Origin: a virus
Taxonomy: Duplodnaviria > Heunggongvirae > Uroviricota > Caudoviricetes
Reading direction: 5' to 3' (one strand)
Length of the DNA: 44,640 nucleotides
Virus record (IMG/VR): IMGVR_UViG_3300010429_001737
Shown piece by piece: positions 17,178 through 26,080 of this stretch (its first letter is position 1; each line of letters opens with the position of its first letter). Both the position numbers and the translations under genes were made by a program. The notes under the pieces are model-generated. The model was not told the origin of the DNA. It did not search any database and saw only the letters and a list, made by a program, of their open reading frames with translations.

Positions 17178-18140
17178 TCATTTTGTGCTCACCTCAATAT
17201 AAAATTTATCGAAGCAATTAAACGAAACGGGTTTGCTGTTCGGATTCGTATCAGAATAAGTCGGTTCACAATTATTCATTAGCCATTGTCCGGTCAATTC
17301 ATCCCTTGTTATTAATGTTCTTTGAGTTGGTGAATGTGACTGACAATCTGACTTACAATGGATTAGTGCATTTGTTTGATTAGCATAAAAACTAATGCAA
17401 TTTTGCAAACAATCAACTAAGAACATATCATCATAAACAGTTATTTCACCAACTTCTACTGCATCACATTTTTCAACAGTATTAACATGCTTTAAAGCGA
17501 CATTATATGTTGTAACATTAAAAACAACAATTACCGTATTTTTGTCATATCTTAAGTTCTTAACTTTACCGTTATCATCACGAATCGAATCACCTAAAAA
17601 GCTTATACCATAAACTTTGTTAATTATTAAATTATCACCATAATAAGCTTTTAAGAATTCTGATGCATATGCTTCACCAGCATAAATAATATCACGTCGA
17701 TTACTGGCATAAACGCTAGATAATTTGCAATCACTTCGAACGTATGGGTTAATATCTCCAAAACATAAATTATCAAAACTATAGTTCTTTAAAACATATC
17801 TTGTAATGTAATCTCGGTCCAACTCTTCTAATCCTGCTAAATCGAAAGTACCAGAAATTGTTTTAGTACTAAGTTCACTAATACCTTCATACCCTCTCAC
17901 TTCATATAAAACTGTTGTCTCATTATGACACACATTTGTCTTAATAATATAATTTTGAGTAATAGTATCAGGAGCAACAATTGAAAACCAATAACCAAAT
18001 AAACATAACCCTAAAAGAATCCCTAACAAACAACCAATTACTTTAACTCTTTCCCATCTAACTTGTCGTTTCAGTTCTTTATCCCGATGTTTCTGCAATT
18101 CCTCGCCCATGACTTTTATTTGTAAATCTTTCTTGTTCAT
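17178..18140 (-). CDS. Membrane-anchored extracellular protein
   Basis: N-terminal TM helix, sequons NET/NYS/NVT/NQT, Cys-rich C-terminus. Confidence 0.7.
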   Translation of the reverse strand: MNKKDLQIKVMGEELQKHRDKELKRQVRWERVKVIGCLLGILLGLCLFGYWFSIVAPDTITQNYIIKTNVCHNETTVLYEVRGYEGISELSTKTISGTFDLAGLEELDRDYITRYVLKNYSFDNLCFGDINPYVRSDCKLSSVYASNRRDIIYAGEAYASEFLKAYYGDNLIINKVYGISFLGDSIRDDNGKVKNLRYDKNTVIVVFNVTTYNVALKHVNTVEKCDAVEVGEITVYDDMFLVDCLQNCISFYANQTNALIHCKSDCQSHSPTQRTLITRDELTGQWLMNNCEPTYSDTNPNSKPVSFNCFDKFYIEVSTK

Positions 18141-19123
18141 TTTTTCACCTCAATTGTTGCTTCTGAAGATACTATTGATTTACTTGTATAATCGTTATAC
18201 GCTTCATCTGCATATTTAGTAACATCGAGTATCAATTTATTTGTTTTTGTAATATAAAAATTTCTAGGTAATAAAACAACTTTAATTTTTTTACCATTTA
18301 TTTTATCAACGTTTTCTATATTATTAAACCCGAAAGTACATTGAGCGTCGTTAAACCCATATTCGGCTATATCGAATTTTTCTTCTACCTCATAAGTATT
18401 AAAGTAATTATCAGTTGAATCGAGTACATAAAAATATGGATTACTTGTTCGTGAAATAAAATTGTTTGCCCCTAAAGTATGACATTCAAAATTACTCAAA
18501 AAACCAGGAAATTCGATTACCATTAAACTGCCAAACGGCATAAATCTTCCAACTAAATCAGGGCGGTATCTAATTCGCATCACTCCGAAGTATTTTCCTT
18601 CACTATCTGTAGTCATAACGATTTTACCGTTTTCGTACGAACCCAACTCATCAAATAATTTCATATCAGAATCTTTAGAAGCTTTAAAAACACTTGGTTT
18701 AACATAAAAAGGTTGAGTGTCAGTTTCATCTATGCACTGTGCTTGAAAACCAAACGGACTCATATAATAATCCTTACTATCAATCCATAAACTATAATGC
18801 AAACCTTTTTGCATTTTCATCTCGGAAATATTTGTTATTTCTTCGAACCTCTCTTCGTTGATTGAAACCCAAACTTTACCAGTAACAGGATTTCCTTTTT
18901 CATCTTCAAATATAAAACGAGTATTATTACAAAACTCAACTACTAAAGGCGGTCGTTGCATTGACTCACTGCCATAGTTAACTGTATTATCAGAACTACT
19001 ATCATATCGTAAGGCGTGCATAACAAGTGCATAAACTATTAGACTAATAATTACACATGCAATAATAATAGTTTTCTTTCTTTTTCTCTTAATATCGTTT
19101 GTCATTTCAGGTATAGTTTCCAT
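18137..19123 (-). CDS. Membrane-anchored beta-rich extracellular protein
   Basis: RKRKK followed by a TM helix and a beta-rich body. Confidence 0.7.
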   Translation of the reverse strand: METIPEMTNDIKRKRKKTIIIACVIISLIVYALVMHALRYDSSSDNTVNYGSESMQRPPLVVEFCNNTRFIFEDEKGNPVTGKVWVSINEERFEEITNISEMKMQKGLHYSLWIDSKDYYMSPFGFQAQCIDETDTQPFYVKPSVFKASKDSDMKLFDELGSYENGKIVMTTDSEGKYFGVMRIRYRPDLVGRFMPFGSLMVIEFPGFLSNFECHTLGANNFISRTSNPYFYVLDSTDNYFNTYEVEEKFDIAEYGFNDAQCTFGFNNIENVDKINGKKIKVVLLPRNFYITKTNKLILDVTKYADEAYNDYTSKSIVSSEATIEVKK

Positions 19124-19124
19124 T

Positions 19125-19514
19125 TTAACTCGTATGATTTGTACAATTTAATATATATAACTGTTTCTGAACTTCCATTTCAACTAGTTCGTCAATCATA
19201 GAATCATCAAATTTTATGGATACTGTAAGATTCTGATGACTTATTGGGTTACAAGTAATATCTCCAGTTGTTATATTAGTACTACTCGATATAGGAACTG
19301 TCGTATTCATATAAACATTAGTGTTTAATTTTCCCTGGTCCATTAGATATATACCGTATCCTAAAATAGTTAGAAAGGCAATAGTTTCAAAAATAGCTAT
19401 GACAAATATTACTTTTAAAAAGCCATAAAAAGATTTAGTTACTAATATAGCGTTTATTCTATCTAAACCTTCTTTGTTTGTTTTGTTGTAATTATCTATG
19501 ACATTATCACTCAT
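19125..19514 (-). CDS. Membrane protein with sequon-rich C-terminus
   Basis: TM helix; NTT, NIT, NLT, NCT, NHT. Confidence 0.65.
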   Translation of the reverse strand: MSDNVIDNYNKTNKEGLDRINAILVTKSFYGFLKVIFVIAIFETIAFLTILGYGIYLMDQGKLNTNVYMNTTVPISSSTNITTGDITCNPISHQNLTVSIKFDDSMIDELVEMEVQKQLYILNCTNHTS

Positions 19515-19698
19515 TTTTATTTACCCTCTTTAATATTTTTTGTTGCACTCTAAATAAATCGCAATATTCAGCTTCTAATTTTCCTGTTATACACATACTT
19601 TCATTAATAGAGTTATTAATATTCTTAATCTTTTCCAGAATTTCATTTAATTTATTATCGATTTTTTCAAGTTCTAAGGATTGTGTTATTTGAGTCAT
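19507..19698 (-). CDS. Small coiled-coil protein
   Basis: Start 26 nt from a class A promoter. Confidence 0.6.
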   Translation of the reverse strand: MTQITQSLELEKIDNKLNEILEKIKNINNSINESMCITGKLEAEYCDLFRVQQKILKRVNKNE

Positions 19699-19723
19699 TT
19701 TATGATAAATTATATAACACTTT

Positions 19724-19742
19724 CTAGTATATAAATGTTGCT
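19724..19742 (-). promoter_or_regulatory. Class A promoter
   Basis: AGCAACATTTATATACTAG, identical at 26062 and 27632. Confidence 0.8.
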
Positions 19743-19752
19743 ATTTTCTATC

Positions 19753-22257
19753 TTATATCTTTATACTAGCAATGTTTTGAGGTGTAATTCCCCAGTTACT
19801 CAAAAGTGTTTGTTTTTTGGATTTCATATCAATGTAACTTATTATAATCTTAGGGTCTATTTTAAGCATGATTAACTGCTTTTCGACGATTTTAAATGCA
19901 CTATTCATAAGCATTTTTTCCATATCTATCTCTAAGTCTTTTGGCACTTCTGAGTTATTATTAAAACAAAAACTTGTCGTTGGATATTTAGGAGTGGCCT
20001 TTACATATAATAAATAAGGCTTTGGCGAAAACTGAAACCCATGTATATATTTTTCAGAAAACCTTACCCCATCAATCCATGGGTTACCCGTTTTATACTC
20101 ATCTAAGTCTTTTGATATAGCTTTAGGAATCCCTATATATTCCATCGGATATTCTTTTTTATGAAACTTATCTATTTCACTTGTTATAAAACGTAAAACT
20201 TCATCCTTAGATTTATTATCAAATATCATTTCGAAGACTTTCCGTTGAAGAGTCTTTGAAAATGTGCTTCTATCACTTTTAACAGTTGCAAAACCCTTAA
20301 GCTCAATTTTTGGTTTTTCTAATAATCCGCCTTCCCAGTCCCAAACAATTTTACCACCATAACACTTCTTGTCCCCGGTATTCAATAACATTTGATATAG
20401 CTTCTCAAACTTAATTGAAAAATATGTCGTATCGATATTACTACCTTTAAACCATTCAACAAATGAACTATTAATTGCGGCCTCAAGTTCTTTTCCAATT
20501 TTTATGGCTTCTTCAGTGCTGTTTGTCTTTGTATCAACCATACAACTATCTGTATCAGCATTTGTAACAATGTAGCCTTTGCTTCTAACCAATTCTCTCA
20601 TCTTTTCATTAATTGTCCGACCAAGAAATGTTATAGAACTACCAATCGCGGGGTTGAATAAACGAAAACCAGGAAACAGTGTTATACCATAGGCAGAATT
20701 TGTAAACGTTTTTAGATGATATTGAGTCTTATATAATCGAGTATACAATTCAGCATCGTTATAAACTTCTGGTTTTTTTAACATTGCTCTAATTTTATCT
20801 CGTCTATCAATTAAATCTTTCAGAACACTAGATAAAATACCCGTTTTATTTGAAAAACGAATTCCATTTCCAATTATAATCTCGCCATCACCGGAAACTG
20901 TTTCGGGACTCATATTACATGCCAACATTATAGCCGGATACATACCTTTAATATCAAGAACAGCTATATTTTTATGTATACCAGGAACAGAATTTAAAAC
21001 GAAACCCCCTTCTATTTTATCTTTCTTTTCTTCTTTTTCTTTTTTAGTGTATTTCTTTTTATCAGGAAGAATAAACTTTCCCTTACATTGTCTTAAAATG
21101 TATGTATCAAATAAACGAGAATTCTGTAAAACATCAGATAGCTCTGCTCCGCATAATCGTCTAACACCTAACAAAGAATCTAGAATGTTATATTTTCTAT
21201 TTATAGCAATGCAAATTTCAACATCCTTGATATTATATTTCAAGAAATTTTCGAAGTCGTTTTTCCAAAACTCACTTATCCATCCTTCGTATTCAACTTT
21301 ACCAGAATTAAATTCTGTTTTAGCTACGACATCAAGTTTAAACGACGGGATGCCTTTCCATTTCAAACGTTTGTAGCCAGCCATTAAATCAATAAAAGCT
21401 CGTCCTCTAATCATAACACTTTTTTTTCGCCATGAACTCTGTGTCACTGAACTATCCTTACCAGAACGATAACATATATGACCATTATCATAACTTATTT
21501 TCTTTATTGGCGATAATGACTCAGGTTCCAAATTTAAAATGTTCATTCTGTGTAAAATATAAGCAAAATCGAATGCTGCGTTCCACCCTGTTAAAATATC
21601 AAAATCTAATTCACACATATAAGACTTAAACAATGTCAATAATTCTACTTCGTTTTCAACAATTGTTTCAACAATCTCAACATCAGTTCCTAGCTCTTTA
21701 TCGACGTTTCGATATGTTCTTTGTCCGGTTTCACCATTTTCTTTATATGATAAAGCATAAATTCTATTACTATAATTATCAAAAAATGATATAGCTGTTA
21801 TAGGGAAAGTCATTTCTTTATTACTGCCGCCGGCGTAAAGAGTCTCAATGTCAACAATCATAATACGAGGCACAGATTCACAATCAGAATGTTTAATATC
21901 TTCACCATCAAATTCGACACCTGTATATATCTCTTTATCAATTAAAATCTTTGTTGGGTATACAATGTCTGATTCAAACGTCTTAGAGAATTTGTGTTTA
22001 ACGTCTTTTAAGTCCCATGGGTTAGTAAGATATACTTTTAATAACTTATCGTTGAAAATAGAAACGAAACCGTCATCTGAATGACATGGAAAATCAATCT
22101 TATCTTCTTCAGATTCTAAAATATAAAAAAAAGTAGGTGGACCGTTAATAGTAATATCTATTTTATTCTTATCAACGTCTCTTCCAAACAATCTTAATCC
22201 GCTTGGACTTTTGTCTTTGTAACATTGCTCAATCGTAAACATTTCAAATTTTACCAT
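19753..22257 (-). CDS. polB: Family B DNA polymerase (RNA-primed type, with 3'-5' exonuclease)
   Basis: ExoI DIET, ExoII GWNAAFDF, ExoIII YNIKD; motif A DIKGMYP, motif B KTFTNSAYG, motif C ADTDS. Confidence 0.95.
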   Translation of the reverse strand: MVKFEMFTIEQCYKDKSPSGLRLFGRDVDKNKIDITINGPPTFFYILESEEDKIDFPCHSDDGFVSIFNDKLLKVYLTNPWDLKDVKHKFSKTFESDIVYPTKILIDKEIYTGVEFDGEDIKHSDCESVPRIMIVDIETLYAGGSNKEMTFPITAISFFDNYSNRIYALSYKENGETGQRTYRNVDKELGTDVEIVETIVENEVELLTLFKSYMCELDFDILTGWNAAFDFAYILHRMNILNLEPESLSPIKKISYDNGHICYRSGKDSSVTQSSWRKKSVMIRGRAFIDLMAGYKRLKWKGIPSFKLDVVAKTEFNSGKVEYEGWISEFWKNDFENFLKYNIKDVEICIAINRKYNILDSLLGVRRLCGAELSDVLQNSRLFDTYILRQCKGKFILPDKKKYTKKEKEEKKDKIEGGFVLNSVPGIHKNIAVLDIKGMYPAIMLACNMSPETVSGDGEIIIGNGIRFSNKTGILSSVLKDLIDRRDKIRAMLKKPEVYNDAELYTRLYKTQYHLKTFTNSAYGITLFPGFRLFNPAIGSSITFLGRTINEKMRELVRSKGYIVTNADTDSCMVDTKTNSTEEAIKIGKELEAAINSSFVEWFKGSNIDTTYFSIKFEKLYQMLLNTGDKKCYGGKIVWDWEGGLLEKPKIELKGFATVKSDRSTFSKTLQRKVFEMIFDNKSKDEVLRFITSEIDKFHKKEYPMEYIGIPKAISKDLDEYKTGNPWIDGVRFSEKYIHGFQFSPKPYLLYVKATPKYPTTSFCFNNNSEVPKDLEIDMEKMLMNSAFKIVEKQLIMLKIDPKIIISYIDMKSKKQTLLSNWGITPQNIASIKI

Positions 22258-22958
22258 TTGTATTTCTCCGGAATTTTATTTGCAAAAAGTTTTTTAGAAC
22301 AATCATACAACAGATACTGCCCCTTAACAATGTTCTTAAAAAGAATAAATTTATAACCCATATTATATGAAGCACGTATCTTACGTTGTATAATAGTTGG
22401 TCGTAAATCTGACAAAAGTTCAATCGCTATAAAATGTCCCGACTCACTGGCGACTAAGTCCGGAATATACCCTATTCCTAAACCTGCCGTAGCAACATTC
22501 TTAATTTTTAGCTTCTTGTGACATTCAATGACAGCATTTCTTTGAAACGACAAATCTTTCGGTACACCTTTTATTTTTGGGTTATTCAAATTCGCCTGAG
22601 AAACTGTCCGACGCTTAATACCATTCAATTGTAAAAACCGCTTAATGGTTTGAACAGAAAGCTTATATTTCTTGGCAATGTCATACATCGAGGCCCGTTT
22701 ATTATACATCTTAATAATATCGTTTTTATTATTCTCTAACATCCGACGTTCCTTAGTAATAAAAAGATGTATTGGAATCCTCTCACGAATAGTCCATTCG
22801 CGTAAGGTTTGAGGATGCATCTTTATTTTTCTAGCTATTTCTTTTACAGACATTCCTTGAGAGTGCATTACTAAAAACTTATTTCTGAATTCTTTAGGAA
22901 ACATACTTGCATGTCTAGTCTCCCAACCTCTAACAACTTGTTCTGTTTTTGGTTTCAT
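22251..22958 (-). CDS. HTH-repeat plus PD-(D/E)XK nuclease, homing-endonuclease-like (start revised from 23162)
   Basis: Two HTH-like repeats (MSVKEIARKIKM, SMYDIAKKYKL) then YIPDLVA...FIAIEL; the track extension overlaps the TS-like gene. Confidence 0.55.
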   Translation of the reverse strand: MKPKTEQVVRGWETRHASMFPKEFRNKFLVMHSQGMSVKEIARKIKMHPQTLREWTIRERIPIHLFITKERRMLENNKNDIIKMYNKRASMYDIAKKYKLSVQTIKRFLQLNGIKRRTVSQANLNNPKIKGVPKDLSFQRNAVIECHKKLKIKNVATAGLGIGYIPDLVASESGHFIAIELLSDLRPTIIQRKIRASYNMGYKFILFKNIVKGQYLLYDCSKKLFANKIPEKYKW

Positions 22959-23001
22959 TTTATCATTTACTATAAAAAGATACAACTTTATAAAGATTTC
23001 C

Positions 23002-23730
23002 CTACCAACGATATGATTCCGGAACGTCCCGTGCGTACACATGTAAACTGTCAATGCTTTGAATAACATAGCCAACAGGAATTCCGACTTTTTCTGAAAT
23101 ATACTGTAATAATAAAACCCCCTTTGCAAAATCCAACGGGAAGAAATTAATTGCATCAGCACTCCTCTGATTAATTATCAAATTTAACTTATCACCAGGC
23201 ACTGTTGGGCGACAAATGAAATGAAATGAAGTCGTGCAAGGAATTCTTCTGCCTACTGTAGAAATGTCTGTTTCTCTAGATACAATTATTTGAGCCCCTG
23301 TACTATATTTATTTCTTTTTATCTTTTCTATAAGTGGTTGTATTTGATTTATCATTCTATTACCATAAGAATATGATGCATTACCGTCTTTCTCTTCACA
23401 AAATTCTTTCCAATATCTCTTTGATGATTCATGTAATTGCCACCAATTTTCTCTTAATGTATTATTCTGAGTCATATCCTTTAGCCATTCATAAGCAGAA
23501 TCTATAGCTAAGTGTTCCTTGTTAAATGTTTCACGAGCTTTATCTAACATGTCTTTTAAATCATCAAAATTATCAACCCTAAAGTTATAAAATACTAACT
23601 CTCTTCTTTCAAAGTCTTTCGGGTCAACGATTTTACCTTGCACAGTTTGGTCAAAGATAGTCTGTCCTCTTTTCCATACCTCTCTGTATGTTTCATCAAG
23701 CATTTGAATACATGATGTGAAGATTCTCAT
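23002..23730 (-). CDS. Thymidylate-synthase-superfamily enzyme, predicted dCMP hydroxymethylase or methylase
   Basis: SYSYGNR, IPCT (catalytic Cys), QRSADAINFFPLD (Asp at the specificity site), SLHVY. Confidence 0.8.
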   Translation of the reverse strand: MRIFTSCIQMLDETYREVWKRGQTIFDQTVQGKIVDPKDFERRELVFYNFRVDNFDDLKDMLDKARETFNKEHLAIDSAYEWLKDMTQNNTLRENWWQLHESSKRYWKEFCEEKDGNASYSYGNRMINQIQPLIEKIKRNKYSTGAQIIVSRETDISTVGRRIPCTTSFHFICRPTVPGDKLNLIINQRSADAINFFPLDFAKGVLLLQYISEKVGIPVGYVIQSIDSLHVYARDVPESYRW

Positions 23731-24158
23731 TTGACAGCTACCTCCCTTTCAATAACATATGTTGGCAAATTGTGTTTTAGTTGACTTGAAAACTTAACAT
23801 AATTATGTTTTTTGTGGAGTCCTTCGTTTTTAAGCTGGTCTCGACTAATCTGATAGATGCAATATTTCTTATATTTGTGTTGTTTCATAAACCAAACAAC
23901 AAATAAATAATCTGCAACAAAAACTTGAGATTTAAATTCAGAAGAATACGCATTTGGAATCGAGTTCTGTTTAGTGGTTCCTTTAACTTCAGCTGTAAAT
24001 GTTTTTTTCCCTCTTACACATATTAAGTCAATACCTTTAAATCTAGCATCATGTGAAACATCTTCCGTTTTATATTTTTTTGACGATAAATATTCTTGTA
24101 TAATATTCATCGCTTTAATACCTATAGTATGACGGATATTTTCTTTTCCTGTTTTCAT
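23727..24158 (-). CDS. Restriction-endonuclease-like PD-(D/E)XK protein (DUF3883-like)
   Basis: GIDLIC...TAEVKGT. Confidence 0.65.
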   Translation of the reverse strand: MKTGKENIRHTIGIKAMNIIQEYLSSKKYKTEDVSHDARFKGIDLICVRGKKTFTAEVKGTTKQNSIPNAYSSEFKSQVFVADYLFVVWFMKQHKYKKYCIYQISRDQLKNEGLHKKHNYVKFSSQLKHNLPTYVIEREVAVK

Positions 24159-24159
24159 T

Positions 24160-24567
24160 TTAATAATTACTCTCCCGTCTAAACTCGTTGACGATTAATT
24201 TTTTAATATAAGTTTCTTTAAAAGTTTCTGCATTGAAATCCAATAACAATAATAATTGAATCATAAAAGCAAACATATCACATATCTCTTCAGTCATATG
24301 TTCTTCGTCAGTTGGATATTCTTCTATACACCAAGATTTGTTCTTTAACGTATTGGCAAATTCAAAAGATTCTTCTGTCATAGCAAACAATATTTTTCTG
24401 ATTTGTTCTTGACCTTCTCTACTATGAATATTAACTTTCTTAGTTCCGTATTTAGTCATATAATGTCTTCCGATTTTAAAAAATAACTCTAAGTTATCAC
24501 ATTCACCGTTGCCGAATTCTTTTAATTTCTTTTCAACATCCTCTTTGGGTATATTTAAAATATTCAT
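24160..24567 (-). CDS. All-alpha dimeric dUTPase/dCTPase (MazG-like superfamily)
   Basis: EESFEF...KNKSW...EEICD and C-terminal KLIVNEFRRESNY. Confidence 0.75.
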   Translation of the reverse strand: MNILNIPKEDVEKKLKEFGNGECDNLELFFKIGRHYMTKYGTKKVNIHSREGQEQIRKILFAMTEESFEFANTLKNKSWCIEEYPTDEEHMTEEICDMFAFMIQLLLLLDFNAETFKETYIKKLIVNEFRRESNY

Positions 24568-24710
24568 TTCTTTTTTCTCCTATCTTCATATCTTTGCCAT
24601 AGTATTTGATTTAATTGAGTGGAAGTATCTAAGTGATTAGTCGCTGCTTCATCTTTTAAAGCTTCAATATTCTCAATATCCAATGTAACTGATAAATTAT
24701 CTTTTGTCAT
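24564..24710 (-). CDS. Ribbon-helix-helix-like protein (48 aa, not in ORF track)
   Basis: NLSVTLDIENIEALKDEAA...TSTQLNQIL; ATGA coupling. Confidence 0.55.
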   Translation of the reverse strand: MTKDNLSVTLDIENIEALKDEAATNHLDTSTQLNQILWQRYEDRRKKK

Positions 24711-24729
24711 TTTATAATATATTATAACA

Positions 24730-25047
24730 TTAACTTATATTTAAATGTTTCTTTGATTTAGCTTCTTTTTCACGCATAATGAGAAAAAATATCAAATAAT
24801 TGATGATATCAATGACGTTATCATCGACTTTCTCGTAATTATTAGCCAGATTAATATGATTAAGTTCTAAATCCAATTGATGTCTCAACCGTTTGAACTT
24901 ATTAAATGCATGGAAATAATGACCTAAACTTTCCATTTCGTTATAACTATCGCCATATAACGATTTTCTTTCTTTTCGTATTTTCAGTATTTTTTCTATT
25001 ATTTTTTGATAATCATCAATTGATGATTTTTTGATTTTTTGTTTCAT
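24730..25047 (-). CDS. DUF1599 / nucleotide-modification-associated domain 1 (Nmad1)-like protein
   Basis: K..YGDS...NKFKRL...E...D..ID.INY pattern. Confidence 0.65.
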   Translation of the reverse strand: MKQKIKKSSIDDYQKIIEKILKIRKERKSLYGDSYNEMESLGHYFHAFNKFKRLRHQLDLELNHINLANNYEKVDDNVIDIINYLIFFLIMREKEAKSKKHLNIS

Positions 25048-25092
25048 GATTATAATTAAAAGTAAAAAATAAAAAAATAATAAATATTATTT

Positions 25093-25596
25093 TTACTTCT
25101 TTGTTACTTCAACACCAGCAGATTTTAAGTACCTTTGAATCGCCTTAACACCAGGACCGTTAAGGGCTTTGTAAATTTCTTTTAAGCTTTTTCCCTGTCT
25201 TGCAAGAGAAATTGCTCTTTCTTTTACATCAGCTCCGTAACCTCTAGACTTTTTCGCCTTTGATTCATCTGCAGATGATTCTTCACATTCACAAGTAACC
25301 TTTTTTGATTTCTTGTTTTTATCTTTTGACATAGTAGAGTTACCTCCTTTAATATTAGTTGAAATACTTTCATCGGGTTTTCGATATAAAGTTCCATATG
25401 TTCCAATTTTTTTACCTTCATAATATCTCATGTCTTTGTGTTTACACACTTTACAAATGTAAGATTTTTCGTCAACAGTCGGGTCTGGAATAACAAAGTC
25501 ACTTGGATATCGAACATTGTCATGACAATTTAAACATCTTGAGACAACGACTCTTGGTGCTGTTGGTTCGACGAGTTTAACATGTTTTCGTCCCAT
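25093..25596 (-). CDS. Zn-finger plus HTH protein
   Basis: CLNC...CKVC; C-terminal RAISLARQGKSLKEIYKAL. Confidence 0.6.
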   Translation of the reverse strand: MGRKHVKLVEPTAPRVVVSRCLNCHDNVRYPSDFVIPDPTVDEKSYICKVCKHKDMRYYEGKKIGTYGTLYRKPDESISTNIKGGNSTMSKDKNKKSKKVTCECEESSADESKAKKSRGYGADVKERAISLARQGKSLKEIYKALNGPGVKAIQRYLKSAGVEVTKK

Positions 25597-25862
25597 TTTC
25601 GCAATTCCTCCTCCTTTTTATTTAATTCTAGGATAAGATTATGATGTTTTTGTTCAATAAGAAAATTATTCTTGAATGCACCTTTTAAATCATATTCACA
25701 TAACTTGATTCTTGTTTTCAATTCACTGATTTCAAATAGAAGTTTCTCTTTTCCTGCTAAATCGTCAATCTCTTTCTGTCTTGCTCTTCTTCTTTCCCGG
25801 TTCTCTTCTTTTGCCTTATTAAGTGCTTTTCTGATTTGGTCAGCACTTTTCACCCCTCCCAT
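25530..25862 (-). CDS. Coiled-coil protein
   Basis: 110 aa, charged and helical. Confidence 0.6.
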   Translation of the reverse strand: MGGVKSADQIRKALNKAKEENRERRRARQKEIDDLAGKEKLLFEISELKTRIKLCEYDLKGAFKNNFLIEQKHHNLILELNKKEEELRKWDENMLNSSNQQHQESLSQDV

Positions 25863-26061
25863 TTTATTAAATGTTTTGAACTAGCTTACCGATTTTAGCA
25901 ACAAAATCATCGAATGAGATTTTCTTTTCGCCCTCATACAATGTGTAAGTCTTGTTTTTCTTCGTAGCCAAGTCCTTTACAATGATTCTGAATTTTGCTT
26001 TCTTTTTTAATTCCATGTTCTATTGTATTTCTTATTTTATTTATAAATTATATACTAGATT

Positions 26062-26080
26062 CTAGTATATAAATGTTGCT
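26062..26080 (-). promoter_or_regulatory. Class A promoter within an inverted repeat
   Basis: TATATACTAG-ATT-CTAGTATATA (26049-26071). Confidence 0.8.

Noticed and set aside
22959-23162. N-terminal extension of track ORF 22251-23162, suggesting a split or frameshifted TS gene
   Set aside because: It overlaps the intact C-terminus of the TS homologue (SLHVY present) in another frame; it is an open-frame artefact
23002-23730. Calling this gene thyA
   Set aside because: Asp replaces the dUMP-specifying Asn and PCT replaces PCH, so the symbol is withheld
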